DNA of 63,833 bases, the filler included, from Globobulimina sp. (Eukaryota), in assembly GCA_003354225.1 (NCBI GenBank). It is 43 parts of 43 records of this genome, joined end to end, with 100 filler letters (N's around TTAATTAATTAA, not from the genome) between each part and the next. Parts side by side here need not be neighbours in the genome. Positions count along the whole stretch, not along the records: positions 11,903 to 13,289 come from PIVH01017491.1; positions 13,390 to 14,776 come from PIVH01017492.1; positions 14,877 to 16,263 come from PIVH01017493.1; positions 16,364 to 17,750 come from PIVH01017494.1; positions 17,851 to 19,237 come from PIVH01017495.1; positions 19,338 to 20,724 come from PIVH01017496.1; positions 20,825 to 22,211 come from PIVH01017497.1; positions 22,312 to 23,698 come from PIVH01017498.1; 35 more parts are not named here. One strand, written 5' to 3'. Below, in pieces: positions 12,014 to 24,569 of the stretch; the first letter of the stretch is position 1, and each line of letters begins with the position of its first letter. The position numbers were made by a program, and so were the translations under genes. The notes below the pieces were generated by a model. The model saw nothing but the letters and a program-made list of their open reading frames with translations, searched no databases and was not told the origin of the DNA.

Positions 12014-13289
12014 GCCTATTTTAAAGCCAACAAAACAATCAAATGCCGACAAGAATCACAATAAAAATACGATTTCGAACACAAACCATGATAAATCTAT
12101 AACGAACATCGATGAGATTCATCGAAACGCAATTTTCGGAACAATCGCCTCAGAGAATAAAAACAATCCCGATGCCGACAAACAATCAGAATTCGACATT
12201 TCAACCGGTTTATGGGCACATAACGAGAAGTTATTAAATGTATTAAATAGTATAAACAACAGAATCCTAAATGCAGCGAGTATTAATATTAACAGCCACG
12301 CTTTTTTCAAAGCAATCTATCATTATTTATGCAATTACGACACGCAACGATATGACATCTCCATCGGCTTAGCAATAATGAAATTATTATACAACGTAAG
12401 TGATATGTTCCCGCATACCATACTCTACATAATCAGCAACAAAATCCCTTTAATCATCTTAAAAATCCTCAAAGCTGGTTTCAAGTCTTATAATCCCGAC
12501 GAGTTCTCATTGCATATCGAATATATAAACGTATTGGAATATATCTCGCGCTATGCCTACCAACACGCGCTGGTCATCAACAATGAAAATAGCAACAACC
12601 ACCACCACCACCATGGCCATGACGACGACGACTATTATTTACATGATCAGGACGCGCAAACCTCAAAGAAAGTAATCTCCCATTTAATGGATATGACCTT
12701 AGACGACCACAACCAAAACGGCCTCATCGATTGCGTGCTGTCCAACGTGTCGCTGCATGACAGGAAGGACGTGATAAAGGCGGTGAGTATCCTCGCACAA
12801 ATATTCGCGTGTTGTCTATATAATAACTCGTCATGTCCCACCTACCTCAAACTGGACAGTCGCAAAGACGCGGCGGTGGCGGCCGAGACTGAGAGGGAGC
12901 GATTGCACGAAATGGATATGATACAACAAGGCATGAAATCGATGGAGCAGCAATTGCATGAAATGCACGAGAAAGCAAAGACGAATCTAACTGAGTTTGA
13001 TGAAAGTACGCTGGCTCCATTCCAGAGCAAGTTGAATGAGCTCAAGTCGCAAATTGACAAACAATTAAAGAAAAGGAGGGAGCGGCAGATGGAAGGCGTG
13101 GAAATGGACTCTGATGATTCTGACGTTGAGGAGGATGAGGATATAAATATGGAGGTATCGCGTGAGAAGAATAGGAATTTGAATGTGGTGTTTATGTCTG
13201 TCGAATGCAAAAGGAATAAGATCTTGAAATGTTTGTCTTTGGAGGTGGCGCATCACTGCGATTATATTACATCCATTTTGAAGCATAAT
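12014..13289 (+). CDS. Hypothetical protein with His-rich, coiled-coil and acidic segments (partial)
   Basis: Long open frame extending upstream of ATG 12378 to a probable splice acceptor near 12013; no recognised domain. Confidence 0.55.
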
Positions 13290-13741
13290 NNNNNNNNNNN
13301 NNNNNNNNNNNNNNNNNNNNNNNNNNNNNNNNNTTAATTAATTAANNNNNNNNNNNNNNNNNNNNNNNNNNNNNNNNNNNNNNNNNNNNTGTTGCAAAAA
13401 TTTAACCAAATTATTATTTGATGCGATATCTTGCGTTGACTCGTCATGAGGTCTCTTCATCACATCAATAAAATTATGGTTAATTGCTTTAAGATATTTT
13501 CTTGAAGTGAGCTAGTCATCGGTGATAACAATGATATTAAAGTTTTCTTGAAGTGAACTGTGTTCTGATAGTACTGAAAGGAATGCATTAAAAAAGCAGA
13601 GGTTGAGAGGCTCTATCGATCAGACGTTTAGGCGTCGAGAGGTTGTGAGGTTAACATCATAATGCAACTAAACTGCATACAATAATTCTCAAATTACAAA
13701 AAATGTAAAAATGTTTCTTTTTTTTTAATTTCATTCGATCT

Positions 13742-14272
13742 TTACAACGAATTTTTGTATTTAATTATAACACCAAATTGAGCATAAAATTCCCATAATG
13801 CATTAAATATTATCATCATTAATACCCAGCCAGCGCCAATCTCTACATCTTTTTTTAAGGCGGGGATAAAGACACTATCACCGATCTTTGATATCATGAG
13901 ACCAGAGGCAACAACCAATGAAAGAGTCCGAGTTATCTGATAAGCAGTGAGCCCATCTTTACTTTGTTCGAAAGCACCATAAATACCGACAATTGCAACA
14001 AGACTGTAAACAAATGTTGGAATTACACCTGGTGGATCCAATGAACACAATGAACTCAATACTGTGATCACATCTAAAACCGCTAATATTTTAACACCAA
14101 AATCAATTGGAATGCAGAAACAACAATCACCAAGGTCTTGTGGCTGTTTTTCTTGTTTTGCTGCTTGGACATTTATAACAATTGCTTCCTTTGCATAACT
14201 TGGTGCGGCAGAAACTGGTTCTGGTGCTGGTACAGCTTCACCTAATTTTATTGTTGTTTGTTGATTATTCAT
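13742..14272 (-). CDS. Small multi-pass membrane protein (about 4 TM) with a CCFCIP motif
   Basis: Complete 176-aa ORF with hydrophobic segments after the Cys-rich motif. Confidence 0.6.
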   Translation of the reverse strand: MNNQQTTIKLGEAVPAPEPVSAAPSYAKEAIVINVQAAKQEKQPQDLGDCCFCIPIDFGVKILAVLDVITVLSSLCSLDPPGVIPTFVYSLVAIVGIYGAFEQSKDGLTAYQITRTLSLVVASGLMISKIGDSVFIPALKKDVEIGAGWVLMMIIFNALWEFYAQFGVIIKYKNSL

Positions 14273-14876
14273 TTTATTTCTTCTTTTGCTGACAATGTGT
14301 TAATTCCGTTTATTGCGGCGAATCAAAGCGGAGATTGCGGCGAATCAATTAATGTGTAATTTAAATGCGGAGATTGCAACGAATCAAAATAATTTTAATG
14401 CGAATACACGTAATGCTACGCAGACAGCAGCTGATCATTTGATACTGTTCATTCAAACCAAACTGTCAAACTTCATCACCATTTTGTGCACAATAAGCAA
14501 ATGAAAATCCTGAGAAACCAGCATTTGGCTTAGAACTATATTTTTCATCGCAGTATAAACATTTGCTAAATTTTACCATATCAATCCACAAAATATTGAT
14601 TATTATGTCTCATTGTTGCATGCAACAAGAAATTATAACCTATCAAACTGCAAAATAAACAATTAACACAGCTCGACCCTTGGTATTTATTTATGTTTTT
14701 TTCAAATGAGTTATTTTTTATGGTGGTTTTAATAATATGTCCGCAAATATTGTTCTTTTTCTTACACTAAAAAAAGNNNNNNNNNNNNNNNNNNNNNNNN
14801 NNNNNNNNNNNNNNNNNNNNTTAATTAATTAANNNNNNNNNNNNNNNNNNNNNNNNNNNNNNNNNNNNNNNNNNNN

Positions 14877-15030
14877 TATCAATACATTTTTCATAATTAT
14901 CTGCATTTGAGGGAAATTTTATCGGCTCTACAATTTCTTTGTATCCTTTAATTGCAGAGAATACAAAATTTGTTCCTCCTGCATCAAGCGTTAGGACAGT
15001 ATATTCGTTTATGTTTTTTTGGTGGTTCAT
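14877..15030 (-). CDS. ROK-family sugar kinase/regulator, N-terminus (bacterial, Bacteroidota-like)
   Basis: VLTLDAGGTNFVFSAI, the ROK DxGGT motif. Confidence 0.8.
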
Positions 15031-15050
15031 GATTTTAGTTTTAAAAGTAC

Positions 15051-15083
15051 CACAATGACCAATAGTTTTGTTTGGCCATTGTG
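15051..15083 (-). terminator. Intergenic stem-loop between the MFS and ROK genes
   Basis: CACAATGACCA...TGGCCATTGTG inverted repeat in a 76-bp intergenic gap. Confidence 0.35.
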
Positions 15084-15106
15084 ATACAAAAATTGATACC
15101 TAGTTA

Positions 15107-16261
15107 TTAATCAGCTTTTTTAATTACATAATATGATGCCCAACTCACATATAAAATACAGGCAATCAGAACATAAATACTTGCAGTTACACCAAAATTA
15201 TCATTTAATAGTCCTGCAATGGGCGGAATTACAGCCCCACCGCAAATGGCAAAAATGATAAGTCCGGAAATTTCATTAGCATACTCCGGCTTTTTCTCAA
15301 CAGTAATGGCAAAAACCAATGGAAATATGTTTGAAAAACCCAGACCGGCAATAAAAATTAGAACACGTGTTAAATTAAGATTATCAGATAATATGATACC
15401 TAACAAACCAATTAAGGTGATTAATGTACTGAATGCCAGAAATTTTTGAGTGTTTAGCTTTCGCAAAAGGATTGCACCCAAAAATCTACCGAGCATTAAC
15501 GAAGCAAAATATATGCTAATACCCATACTGGCTGTTTCAAGATCAATAGAAAATTTGGTGCTTAAAAAATTGGCAATATTTGTGTTAATTGCCACATCAA
15601 AACCGACTATAAAGAAGATAGCCAATATCATAATAACAATAAACCTCTTTTTTAATAATCCTAGAACACTTTTTAAGCTGGCACGTTCTTTTTCAGATTT
15701 AGATTCTGTTATTTTAACAGAATACAACCAAACAACTGAGAGCAACGAAATTATAGCGTAGATAGGAAATATCAACTTCCAGTTTCCTGTATATTTTGCC
15801 AAAACAGCTGTAATTATTGGACCAAGCATAGAAGCAATTGCTTTTACAAATTGCGAAAGACTTAAATTAGCCGCTTTGCTGTCTTTTGATGAAATATCAA
15901 GTAACAAAGGGTTGGCTGCAACTTGTAGGATAGTGTTACCGATACCCAAAATCATAAACCCAATTATAGCAGTCAGGTAGGTATAGTATACAAACGGAAC
16001 AATCATGCCTATTCCAGTTATAAGCATTCCTATATTTACAGTAAGTTTAGTCCCTCTTCTGTCTTGAAATATCCCAGTAGGAATAGCCAATATCGCAAAC
16101 CAGATAAAAACCATACTTGGTAATAACTGGGCAACAGTGTCAGATAGCTTAAAATCTTCCTTTACGTATACGGTGGCACCCCCAAATAGGTCAACAAAAC
16201 CCATTACGTAAAACGACATAAATACGGGTAAAATAAATTTTAATGATGATTGATTTTTCAC
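15107..16261 (-). CDS. MFS sugar transporter, FucP/GluP-like (bacterial, Bacteroidota-like)
   Basis: About 12 TM segments; FYVMGFVD, GIGNTILQVAANPLL, QFVKAIASMLGP, GFSNIFP; no introns; operon-like with ROK. Confidence 0.88.
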   Translation of the reverse strand: MKNQSSLKFILPVFMSFYVMGFVDLFGGATVYVKEDFKLSDTVAQLLPSMVFIWFAILAIPTGIFQDRRGTKLTVNIGMLITGIGMIVPFVYYTYLTAIIGFMILGIGNTILQVAANPLLLDISSKDSKAANLSLSQFVKAIASMLGPIITAVLAKYTGNWKLIFPIYAIISLLSVVWLYSVKITESKSEKERASLKSVLGLLKKRFIVIMILAIFFIVGFDVAINTNIANFLSTKFSIDLETASMGISIYFASLMLGRFLGAILLRKLNTQKFLAFSTLITLIGLLGIILSDNLNLTRVLIFIAGLGFSNIFPLVFAITVEKKPEYANEISGLIIFAICGGAVIPPIAGLLNDNFGVTASIYVLIACILYVSWASYYVIKKAD

Positions 16262-16364
16262 GGNNNNNNNNNNNNNNNNNNNNNNNNNNNNNNNNNNNNN
16301 NNNNNNNTTAATTAATTAANNNNNNNNNNNNNNNNNNNNNNNNNNNNNNNNNNNNNNNNNNNNT

Positions 16365-17750
16365 TCTTGGTCGATAATGACCGCCAAAATCTGTATCCAA
16401 TATGCCGACTTGTCGAGCACTGTGGAGCTGTTGACACAGTTTTTCAATGTCTATAAAGATTATGATGACTCATACCCCGACATTCGCTTAGACCCAAAGC
16501 TGTATCGTGCCATGTACGACGACCGTAAGATCTCTCTGTCTGGCTCGTCTTCCTCCGCTTCGCACGATGAATATGTCCGGAACGAATACAGCGAAATAAT
16601 GCCGATATTGACGCCGGCGCGGCCTGCTCTGAACTGTGCGTACAATGTGATCGAGCCGACCAAGAAATTGATTCTCGCAGAGCTGAAACGCGCGTACGAG
16701 ATCGTGGCGGGCTGTGGCTGCGGCAATGTCTGTGCCTGGGACGTGGACTGGAAACAGTTATTTGCAAAGCGGCATTTTGTGCGCGACAGTCTGTGCGGTG
16801 TGCATTTGAACCGAAATGTGTATAATGGCTACGACAATGTCTATATCCGCATTCAGTGCATACCGGATAACAAGCATTTGTTTATGAAAAAGTGGACGGG
16901 TTTCATTGAGAGTAAGATCCGTAATTTGGTGAAGAAATTGAACCGCGATTTGTTTGACAGCTCATTTTATCCGTACGCCAACTGTATAAAACACGGACAA
17001 ATTGACAACTTTTTTATTTCGGGAAAGTATAATGTGGCTTTTGATCATCGTGCGAATAATATGGAAATGATCCACATCGCTTTGCTGCAGTTCCAGAATC
17101 AGATCGATATATCCTCGGTGGGCTATGATTGTGGCAACAAATGTAAGTTGAAATTGCATGTCTGTGATGTGAATGAGATACATGCCGTGTTCGCTAAAAT
17201 TGATCACGAACCGCGAAGGAGCAGTATGGCACTGCAGCAGCAGCAGAATGTCATCGCGCAGATACTGTTGAAACCCAACACAGCGCAGCTCGTCTATCCA
17301 CAGTATAGCATCTTGCAACAGATCCAAATGATGAATATCACTCAAAATCAATATAATAATAGGCCTCAAAATGTATTTTATCGGCCTCCACAGCCACAGC
17401 CACAGCCACAGCGACAGCCACAGCCTCAGATATTTTCCAATTTGAAAGTTCCAGCACCAGCACCATCGCCAGCGCCTGCTAAGGAGTCTGTGGTTAAGTC
17501 ACTGCCTCCAAAAGTAATGGAGAAGGATGAAGGCAATGTCAATGATGGAGACAGCGACCGCGACAGCAATGCATCTGCCACTTCCTCCACGCGGACGGAT
17601 ACTAATTCCGTGTCCTCCGCTGATTCGCCAACACCGCAAAGTAAGCAAAATGGCGCCGTCTCCTTTCATGTGCCAAACATAGCGAATATATCCTCCTTTC
17701 CCATCATCAAAATCCAACAACAGTCCTTACCACATTTACCGCCATTTGTG
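16365..17750 (+). CDS. PAP: Canonical poly(A) polymerase, central and RNA-binding domains plus low-complexity tail (partial)
   Basis: SWSIMTAKIC, MPILTPARPALNCAYNV...LAELKRAYEI, WKQLF, WTGFIESKIRNLV. Confidence 0.8.
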
Positions 17751-17872
17751 NNNNNNNNNNNNNNNNNNNNNNNNNNNNNNNNNNNNNNNNNNNNTTAATT
17801 AATTAANNNNNNNNNNNNNNNNNNNNNNNNNNNNNNNNNNNNNNNNNNNNAATCTCCGACCTAAAAAAAAAC

Positions 17873-18100
17873 CTTTTTCGATCGACAGCTAATAACGTTC
17901 CGAGTCAAGCGCGATGTAAATTTGATTTAAATTATCGTTCGATTATCGATAAATATCGATAATTTTCGATATTTTCGAAACGTTAACGAATATCGTTCAA
18001 TCTTTTTTCGATCGATAGCTAATAAGGTTCCGAGTCAAACGCGATCAACATTAGAATTAAATTATTGTTCGCTTATCAATAAAAATCGATTAAAAACCGA
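17873..18100. repeat. Degenerate tandem repeat, 130-bp period
   Basis: TTTTTCGATCGA(C/T)AGCTAATAA(C/G)GTTCCGAGTCAA(G/A)CGCGAT near 17874 and 18004. Confidence 0.75.
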
Positions 18101-18240
18101 TAATAGAAGCCCCGGGCTTCTATTATAGTATATACATACGGTATACTTGCATATTGTAACTGCACTGCAGGTAGCATACGGTAATAATAATACATGTAAT
18201 ATTGTGTATAATTTCTATATTTATTACAGTATCTGAAAAT

Positions 18241-19206
18241 ATGGATACTCAAGGGCCATCTTCTCAACATTCGACGTCTCACAAAGGAGAAAAGCGAAAA
18301 AAGTATGACTTTACAACAAAACTGAAAGCTATTGAGTTGGCAAAAGAAGTTGGGAACACTCAAGCTTCCAGAGATTTGGGAATAGACCGCAAGCGGATTC
18401 GGGAGTGGCGCAAACAGGAGACCGATTTCCGGGAAATGGAAGAAAGTGACAAATCACGCCTTAGTGGTGGAGGTCGCCCCAGCGATGGCAAAGATATCGA
18501 TGCCGTCATTCTGGAGTACATTCAAAAGCAACGTTTGGAAAAGCGACCGGTCCTAAAAAGTGATATCGCAAAGAAAGCTATTGAAGCTTGGAATGAAATC
18601 TCTGTCACAAAGAAAGTAGCCCTTAAAACAAATGATAGATGGTTTAGTAATTTCTGTGAAAGAAATTATATTACGTGTGTACCTAAAAGGAGACAAATCG
18701 ATCAAGTCGAAATAGATAGCCGAATATCAACATTCATACTACGCCTGGAACATCTGAGAAAAGAACAGTCAATCAATCTGTCCAATATTATTGCATCCAA
18801 CGAATATAAAATTGACTTTACTTATGTTGATGTGGACGGACAAGCTATACCTTCCTCATGCACCATTTTATTGTCTGCGAAAGCTGATGGAACAAAACTG
18901 ACACCATATTTACTGTTCAAAGCCCCAGAACCTATGCCAATGGTTCAAACACAATTTCCTGATCTATGTGTGGCATTTTCCCCAAGCGGTTGCTTTGATT
19001 CACAATTAACGGTCAACTATTTAGAGAGAGTTGTTGGTAATGTGTCCTTACATGGCAGCAGATTATTAATTTGGGATGGTTGCCACTCTCACGTTGATAA
19101 CGAAACATTACTCAAACTCTCAGATATGGCATTAAAACCTATTATTATACCTACCAGTTGTTGGGACATCATTCAACCTGTTATGAATCTACAAAATGAG
19201 TCATAA
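18241..19206 (+). mobile_element. pogo/Tigger-family transposase-derived protein (Brinker-type HTH, CENP-B HTH, eroded DDE_1)
   Basis: YDFTTKLKAIELAKEVGN..ASRDLGIDRKRIREWRKQ, GGGRP, WFSNF, ADGTKL.PYLLFK, LLIWD..SH, IQP; the first and third catalytic Asp appear lost. Confidence 0.82.
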
Positions 19207-19686
19207 TATGCTTGAAAGGTTACCTGATCCAGGTGAGNNNNNNNNNNNNNNNNNNNNNNNNNNNNNNNNNNNNNNNNNNNNTTAATTAATTAANNNNNNN
19301 NNNNNNNNNNNNNNNNNNNNNNNNNNNNNNNNNNNNNGAACCACCATCAAATCTAACAATTGTATACAAAACTTGCAACGGTTTCCTTTGTATTTCTGGG
19401 TAGGGTTTTTTTCTTTTCTTGTATTTCATATTTTTTGTCTGTAAAATTCTCTCTAGACTAAGATTAAAAATAGCTTAAATAAACCTTTTTGTCCGCACAG
19501 GATTAGAAAGTCCGACAGTAAATTGCCTTACTATTTTCTTTGTAGTGTTTCGCATTTTTTTATTGGATATTTTAGGGTTTTCACTATATTTAGTTTTTTG
19601 TTTTTATTTACATAGAACTGAAGAGTACAAAAAATAAAATAAATCAGTCGGAAATAACAATTAATTGTAATAATTAGCAATTAAAA

Positions 19687-20724
19687 TCATGACCCAAATG
19701 GTAGGGATATAACATTTTCATAAACCAATACATTTATAAAAAGGAATGCTACATAATATGCAAAACAAAAGTATCCAAATCTTTTTGTCAAAGTCCATTT
19801 AGTAATAGCAATCCAAATCGCATATATAGCAATACCTAGCATGACAGCAATACAACACACAAAAATATTGCTTGTATCAGGCATATGGTCAACACCATCG
19901 CTTGCAGATAATGTATTAATTATAGTGCCCAATCCAACTCCGATGAGCACATTCAATGTGGGTCCGCCAATAGCCGCAGAAATGCCCATTTTGGCATATC
20001 CCCGTTTGGATACACTTACATCGGCGATCAGATCACCGATACTATTGCCCCAAGCAAGCACTGTCAATCCTAACAATGCCAAATCAATTGTACTGATAAC
20101 CCCCAATGTTGTTAATAAATTCACTGACATAAAATACAAATAATATGCTTACAAAATCAATTCTCAATCTATTTATTGAATGGTATGACTTTAAATAGAT
20201 TGAAAATAGAAATGTGGTTCGCTTTAATTGTAACCATAGTATTTGTATTGTACCTAATTCATTTGCAACCACTTCAAACCATGCCACTGCACTCAAAAAA
20301 CCCAATATCAAAAAGAATAATTTCATTACTGGTTCTTTTGACAAATCAGTTGATTTTTTCCTTTTTCTCTTCTTCTCATCCAAGTCCATGTCATCATCTT
20401 CCAGCTCCTCAGTAGCGTGTACATTATCCTCCACTTGTTTTAATTCGCTTTCTGGTACATTTAAAGCTTGTGAATTAATAAAAACAAAAGTTGAACTATG
20501 CAAAATCCCACTCGATTTATTCACATCCTCCAAATTTGCGTCACTGCCACCAATCAGCGATAGCATGGACGTAGTGACTGATTTCTGTGGGATGTCGCAC
20601 CGATAAGTTCCTGTTAACCCGCCATCTATGCATCAATTCGTAACACACTCAAAAAACAAATAATATAACAATAACATACCCAACAACGCTTTCTGTGTTT
20701 CCTGCTGCTTTATATTATAAACAC
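19687..20724 (-). CDS. Cation/Ca2+ exchanger (CCX/NCLX family), C-terminal part; intron 20124-20253
   Basis: VVANEL|VNLL, LGLTVLAWGNSIGDLIAD...G...MGISAAIGGPTLN (alpha-2 repeat). Confidence 0.88.
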
Positions 20725-21006
20725 NNNNNNNNNNNNNNNNNNNNNNNNNNNNNNNNNNNNNNNNNNNNTTAATTAATTAANNNNNNNNNNNNNNNNNNNN
20801 NNNNNNNNNNNNNNNNNNNNNNNNTGATGGTGATTCTATTCGATTAACCAATCCACGAAGGGTGGCACCCAAGAAAACCTGGAAAAATAAAAATGATGAC
20901 AAGATTATTTTTGATAACACAATGTTTAAGAAACATAAACGACAATTTAATAACGCAAACGTATGTCGTTACACTTTTATAACAATACATATCTAATAAT
21001 CTAATA

Positions 21007-22211
21007 ATGCAAAAGAGCTACAATGGATCGAATAATAACACCAATAATAACACCAATAACAACAATAACATAGGCAACAACATAAAAGAGACCAACAATA
21101 ACAACAATAATAAGAATAATAGCAACAACACCAACAATAACAATAAGAATAATTCATTCAACACAAATATGGTCCAAATAAACAACACCATCGCTTCTAA
21201 CAATACACGAGATAGTCCCCGCAGACCATTTGCGAACAGAACAATAAAAGGAGGAGCCAGACCATATAGATCCACTCGACCACAAACACAAAATAACAAC
21301 AACAACAATAAGGAGGATGAAAACAAAAGCAATAACATCAACAATGGCCATTATAACAGCAATAAAAACCGATTTTCGCCCAAAAAAAAAGCCAAAAAGA
21401 AGAAAAACAACACCATTGTCATCGAGAAAGAACAGTTAACCGCATTGGTCGCAGGCGACCACGTCGAGATTACCACCAAACACAATCAGATCATCGACGG
21501 CATCGTCTATTGCTCCATACCGCAAGTGCCCCCACTTTGTATTATCCGTTAAGTACACGTGTAATATACAAATTGAATTAAATCAATAATCCACACTCTA
21601 CGCAGATCATTACAACCCGGAGAGGACAAAAAATGTCTACGTCGTGGCGCTCCATGAGATTAGGTATGCTTTCCATGCATAAATTTATTGAAATTTCTCG
21701 TGCAATGAATCCATTCCAACCACAGTCGGTGCATCAAATTCGATGAGTTGTCGCAAGAAAGGAACGTCGAGCTACGGCCAATAAATGACGAGAATGCCAA
21801 CGAGATTCTGGAGAGGAATTTAGCTGAACGCAAAGCCAAAATGGAGACCTTAAACATCTCAGTCGACGATTTGGAGCAGGAATTGTTCGATTTCCTGTAC
21901 CGAACCTTGCCAAATAAGTGCGAGTGGAGTGGCAATAACATCACCTTCCCGCACATGAAAATCATCATAATGCAGCCCTACAAAAAATTGAGTCTCAACG
22001 GCGTGACTAAAAAGAACAAGTCTGTGCAATATGTGGAGACTCAATTGAATAGTTTCTGGCTCAAACAACAGCAAAAAAGCAACACAAAAACACTGCAATC
22101 CACCTCGCCGCGGTCGCCGCCCTCCTCCAATTCGACCAAATCTACGCCAAAGAAGAAGAAGAAAAAAAATAAAACCAAAGCAGCCAAAAACCAAAACAAA
22201 CATAAGAATAA
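21007..22211 (+). CDS. LSM12: LSM12-like protein (Sm-like fold plus AD domain) with an Asn-rich N-terminus; introns near 21549-21605 and 21664-21725
   Basis: GDHVEITTKHNQIIDGIVYC (Sm1); EQELFDFLYRTLPNKCEWSGNNI...IIIMQPY (AD domain). Confidence 0.65.
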
Positions 22212-22311
22212 NNNNNNNNNNNNNNNNNNNNNNNNNNNNNNNNNNNNNNNNNNNNTTAATTAATTAANNNNNNNNNNNNNNNNNNNNNNNNNNNNNNNNN
22301 NNNNNNNNNNN

Positions 22312-23698
22312 TTAATCGGTGTGTCGGATACCCCGCCAATTAGCATTGAATGCGTCGACGAACATTGTTCAGAGATTGATAAGGTGGACAGTGAGGAGTT
22401 TATGCTTGACGTGGCATCTAAACGTATGTCACTCCCATAATATTCAATATTGGTGATACCATTTCCCACTGCAGATATTGATGAATATGGATGCAAAATT
22501 AATGAATGTCCGGATCCGCCGCTTTGATTACAATTTAAATCTGTGGCCATATACAGTAATTTGCTGTCGCTGTTTGATAAGAATAAATTTGAATTATTTA
22601 ATAATTGTATTGAACCACGTGAATATAAATAAATATCTTGATTCTGAAATTGTGCATTAATATTATTGGAAAATATAATATTGCCATGACCAATATTATT
22701 ATGTAATGCTTCAATATAAATGGATGAGGCGACGTGGGACAAAATATTTAGATCACCATTAACATAAATATTCAATAAATTATTTGTTTGTGTCAACCGA
22801 TCGCCTAAATATAATATGGAGGTGGATGATGTATTAATTATATTTAATTCGTCATTGCTTAATGTAAAATTATTATTATTATTATTACTAATTGATTGGT
22901 TGCCGCCTAAATACATAACTGACGATGACGATGATATTGATATTGGATGTAACCATATTTTGTCCTGACCACTGCTGCCATTATCCGCAGAATTATCACT
23001 ATTTGTGGTTATTGAACATGTGGCGGTATTAAGCTGAATATCACTGGCTTCAATCTCTATTGTTGCACCATACGACGATACGTTTTGCATTTGTATACCA
23101 TTACTATTTGATAAACATTTAAATTTGTGTCCAGCATAAAAATGAAATTCCGAATGTTGGCTTGGATCACGTTTTAAAATCAATGATGCATTTAATAAAA
23201 TATTTGCTGTAGAATGTATCGCCATAATTGAGCATGAGCCTGCATGGCAAATTAACGATTGTTTATTATTTGCATTGGTATTAAATTGAATATCGCCATT
23301 CTCATTATTTGTTACAATAAATACATTGTTATTAATATTCATTGCATTTGCATCAAAATTAAACAATATTTTATCAGAATTATAATTGCTTATATTTGTA
23401 TTTACCGTAATCCCATTATAACCATTAATAAATACGCCGCCGTTGCTATTACCCGAAAATATTGTGGCCGCATCATCAAATATGATATATTGATATGTAG
23501 TATTTGATGTAGATGCGATAAATTCAAGTTTTCCATCTGAAACGCCATTTAAATATTGCGTTTGATCAATACCGGAGATATAAATGGAACCATTTTTGGA
23601 ATCAAATATTAAATTTGTGCCATAAACTTGTGCTAATTCGGTTTGTAATATATTCATGGAATAATTGTGATTATCATTTGGTACGTTATTAAATCCGC
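22312..23698 (-). CDS. Internal fragment of a large N/S/I-rich beta-strand repeat protein, filamentous-haemagglutinin-like
   Basis: Frame open across the contig; recurring unit I.L.P...MYLGG...FTLSNDELNII.T...LYLG, echoed by MNILQTELAQV and SMLIGG. Confidence 0.5.
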
Positions 23699-23823
23699 NN
23701 NNNNNNNNNNNNNNNNNNNNNNNNNNNNNNNNNNNNNNNNNNTTAATTAATTAANNNNNNNNNNNNNNNNNNNNNNNNNNNNNNNNNNNNNNNNNNNNTT
23801 ATCCTTTCATCGCCCCCGTACCA

Positions 23824-24339
23824 ATGGCATCGCGATTTACCGGTGGTCCTAGAAATATTAAAGATGAAGCGGTGATCGAACATGTATCGCATTTGGTGAA
23901 ATTCCAAGACTATCGTGCAAAAATTGATGCACATTTTCCGAAGCAGCAGCTCTCGAATAATTATAATATTCTGCCACAATTACCTCCAAAAGTTCATGTG
24001 GATAATCCGATATGCAATGTCCCACAAGACGCTTCCACCAATGCATTAATTCAACAAATAATACGTCAACCATTGCCTCCGACATTGCCTCCGACATTGC
24101 CTCCGCCATTGCCTCACATAAACTCCTTCCTCAAACATTCCGCTACGTTCAGCCAAACAAATCCTCAAACAGTTGTGTCGAATTCCCCATCAAATCAATC
24201 CAATATTCCACCACCTCCATCCAACATATGTCCACCACACAAATATAGGGCACTTCCATCCAACATATGTCAGGGAACATTGGTATTATTTTGTGAATCA
24301 TGTGGGGATCGTATTAAGTTGGATCCATCTGAATTCTAG
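23824..24339 (+). CDS. Pro-rich hypothetical protein ending in a CPPH...CESC putative Zn-binding motif
   Basis: C-terminus nearly identical to that of the next ORF. Confidence 0.5.
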   Translation: MASRFTGGPRNIKDEAVIEHVSHLVKFQDYRAKIDAHFPKQQLSNNYNILPQLPPKVHVDNPICNVPQDASTNALIQQIIRQPLPPTLPPTLPPPLPHINSFLKHSATFSQTNPQTVVSNSPSNQSNIPPPPSNICPPHKYRALPSNICQGTLVLFCESCGDRIKLDPSEF

Positions 24340-24569
24340 ATCCGAATTTAACTTTTAATGACATTCAATTGATTCAACCATCAACCTAATCCTTTCTAAT
24401 GACATTCAAATTGATTCACAGTACTTGATTCTGTCGATTTTTCATCCAAAGTCCTTGGTTCTGTCGAAAACTTTAGTCAGTGCCGTCAGCAACATTTCTA
24501 CATTTAGCATCTTGTAAACAAAAACGTTTTTACTCAGTACATGCGCCATCCCGATTCCCGAAGACACAA

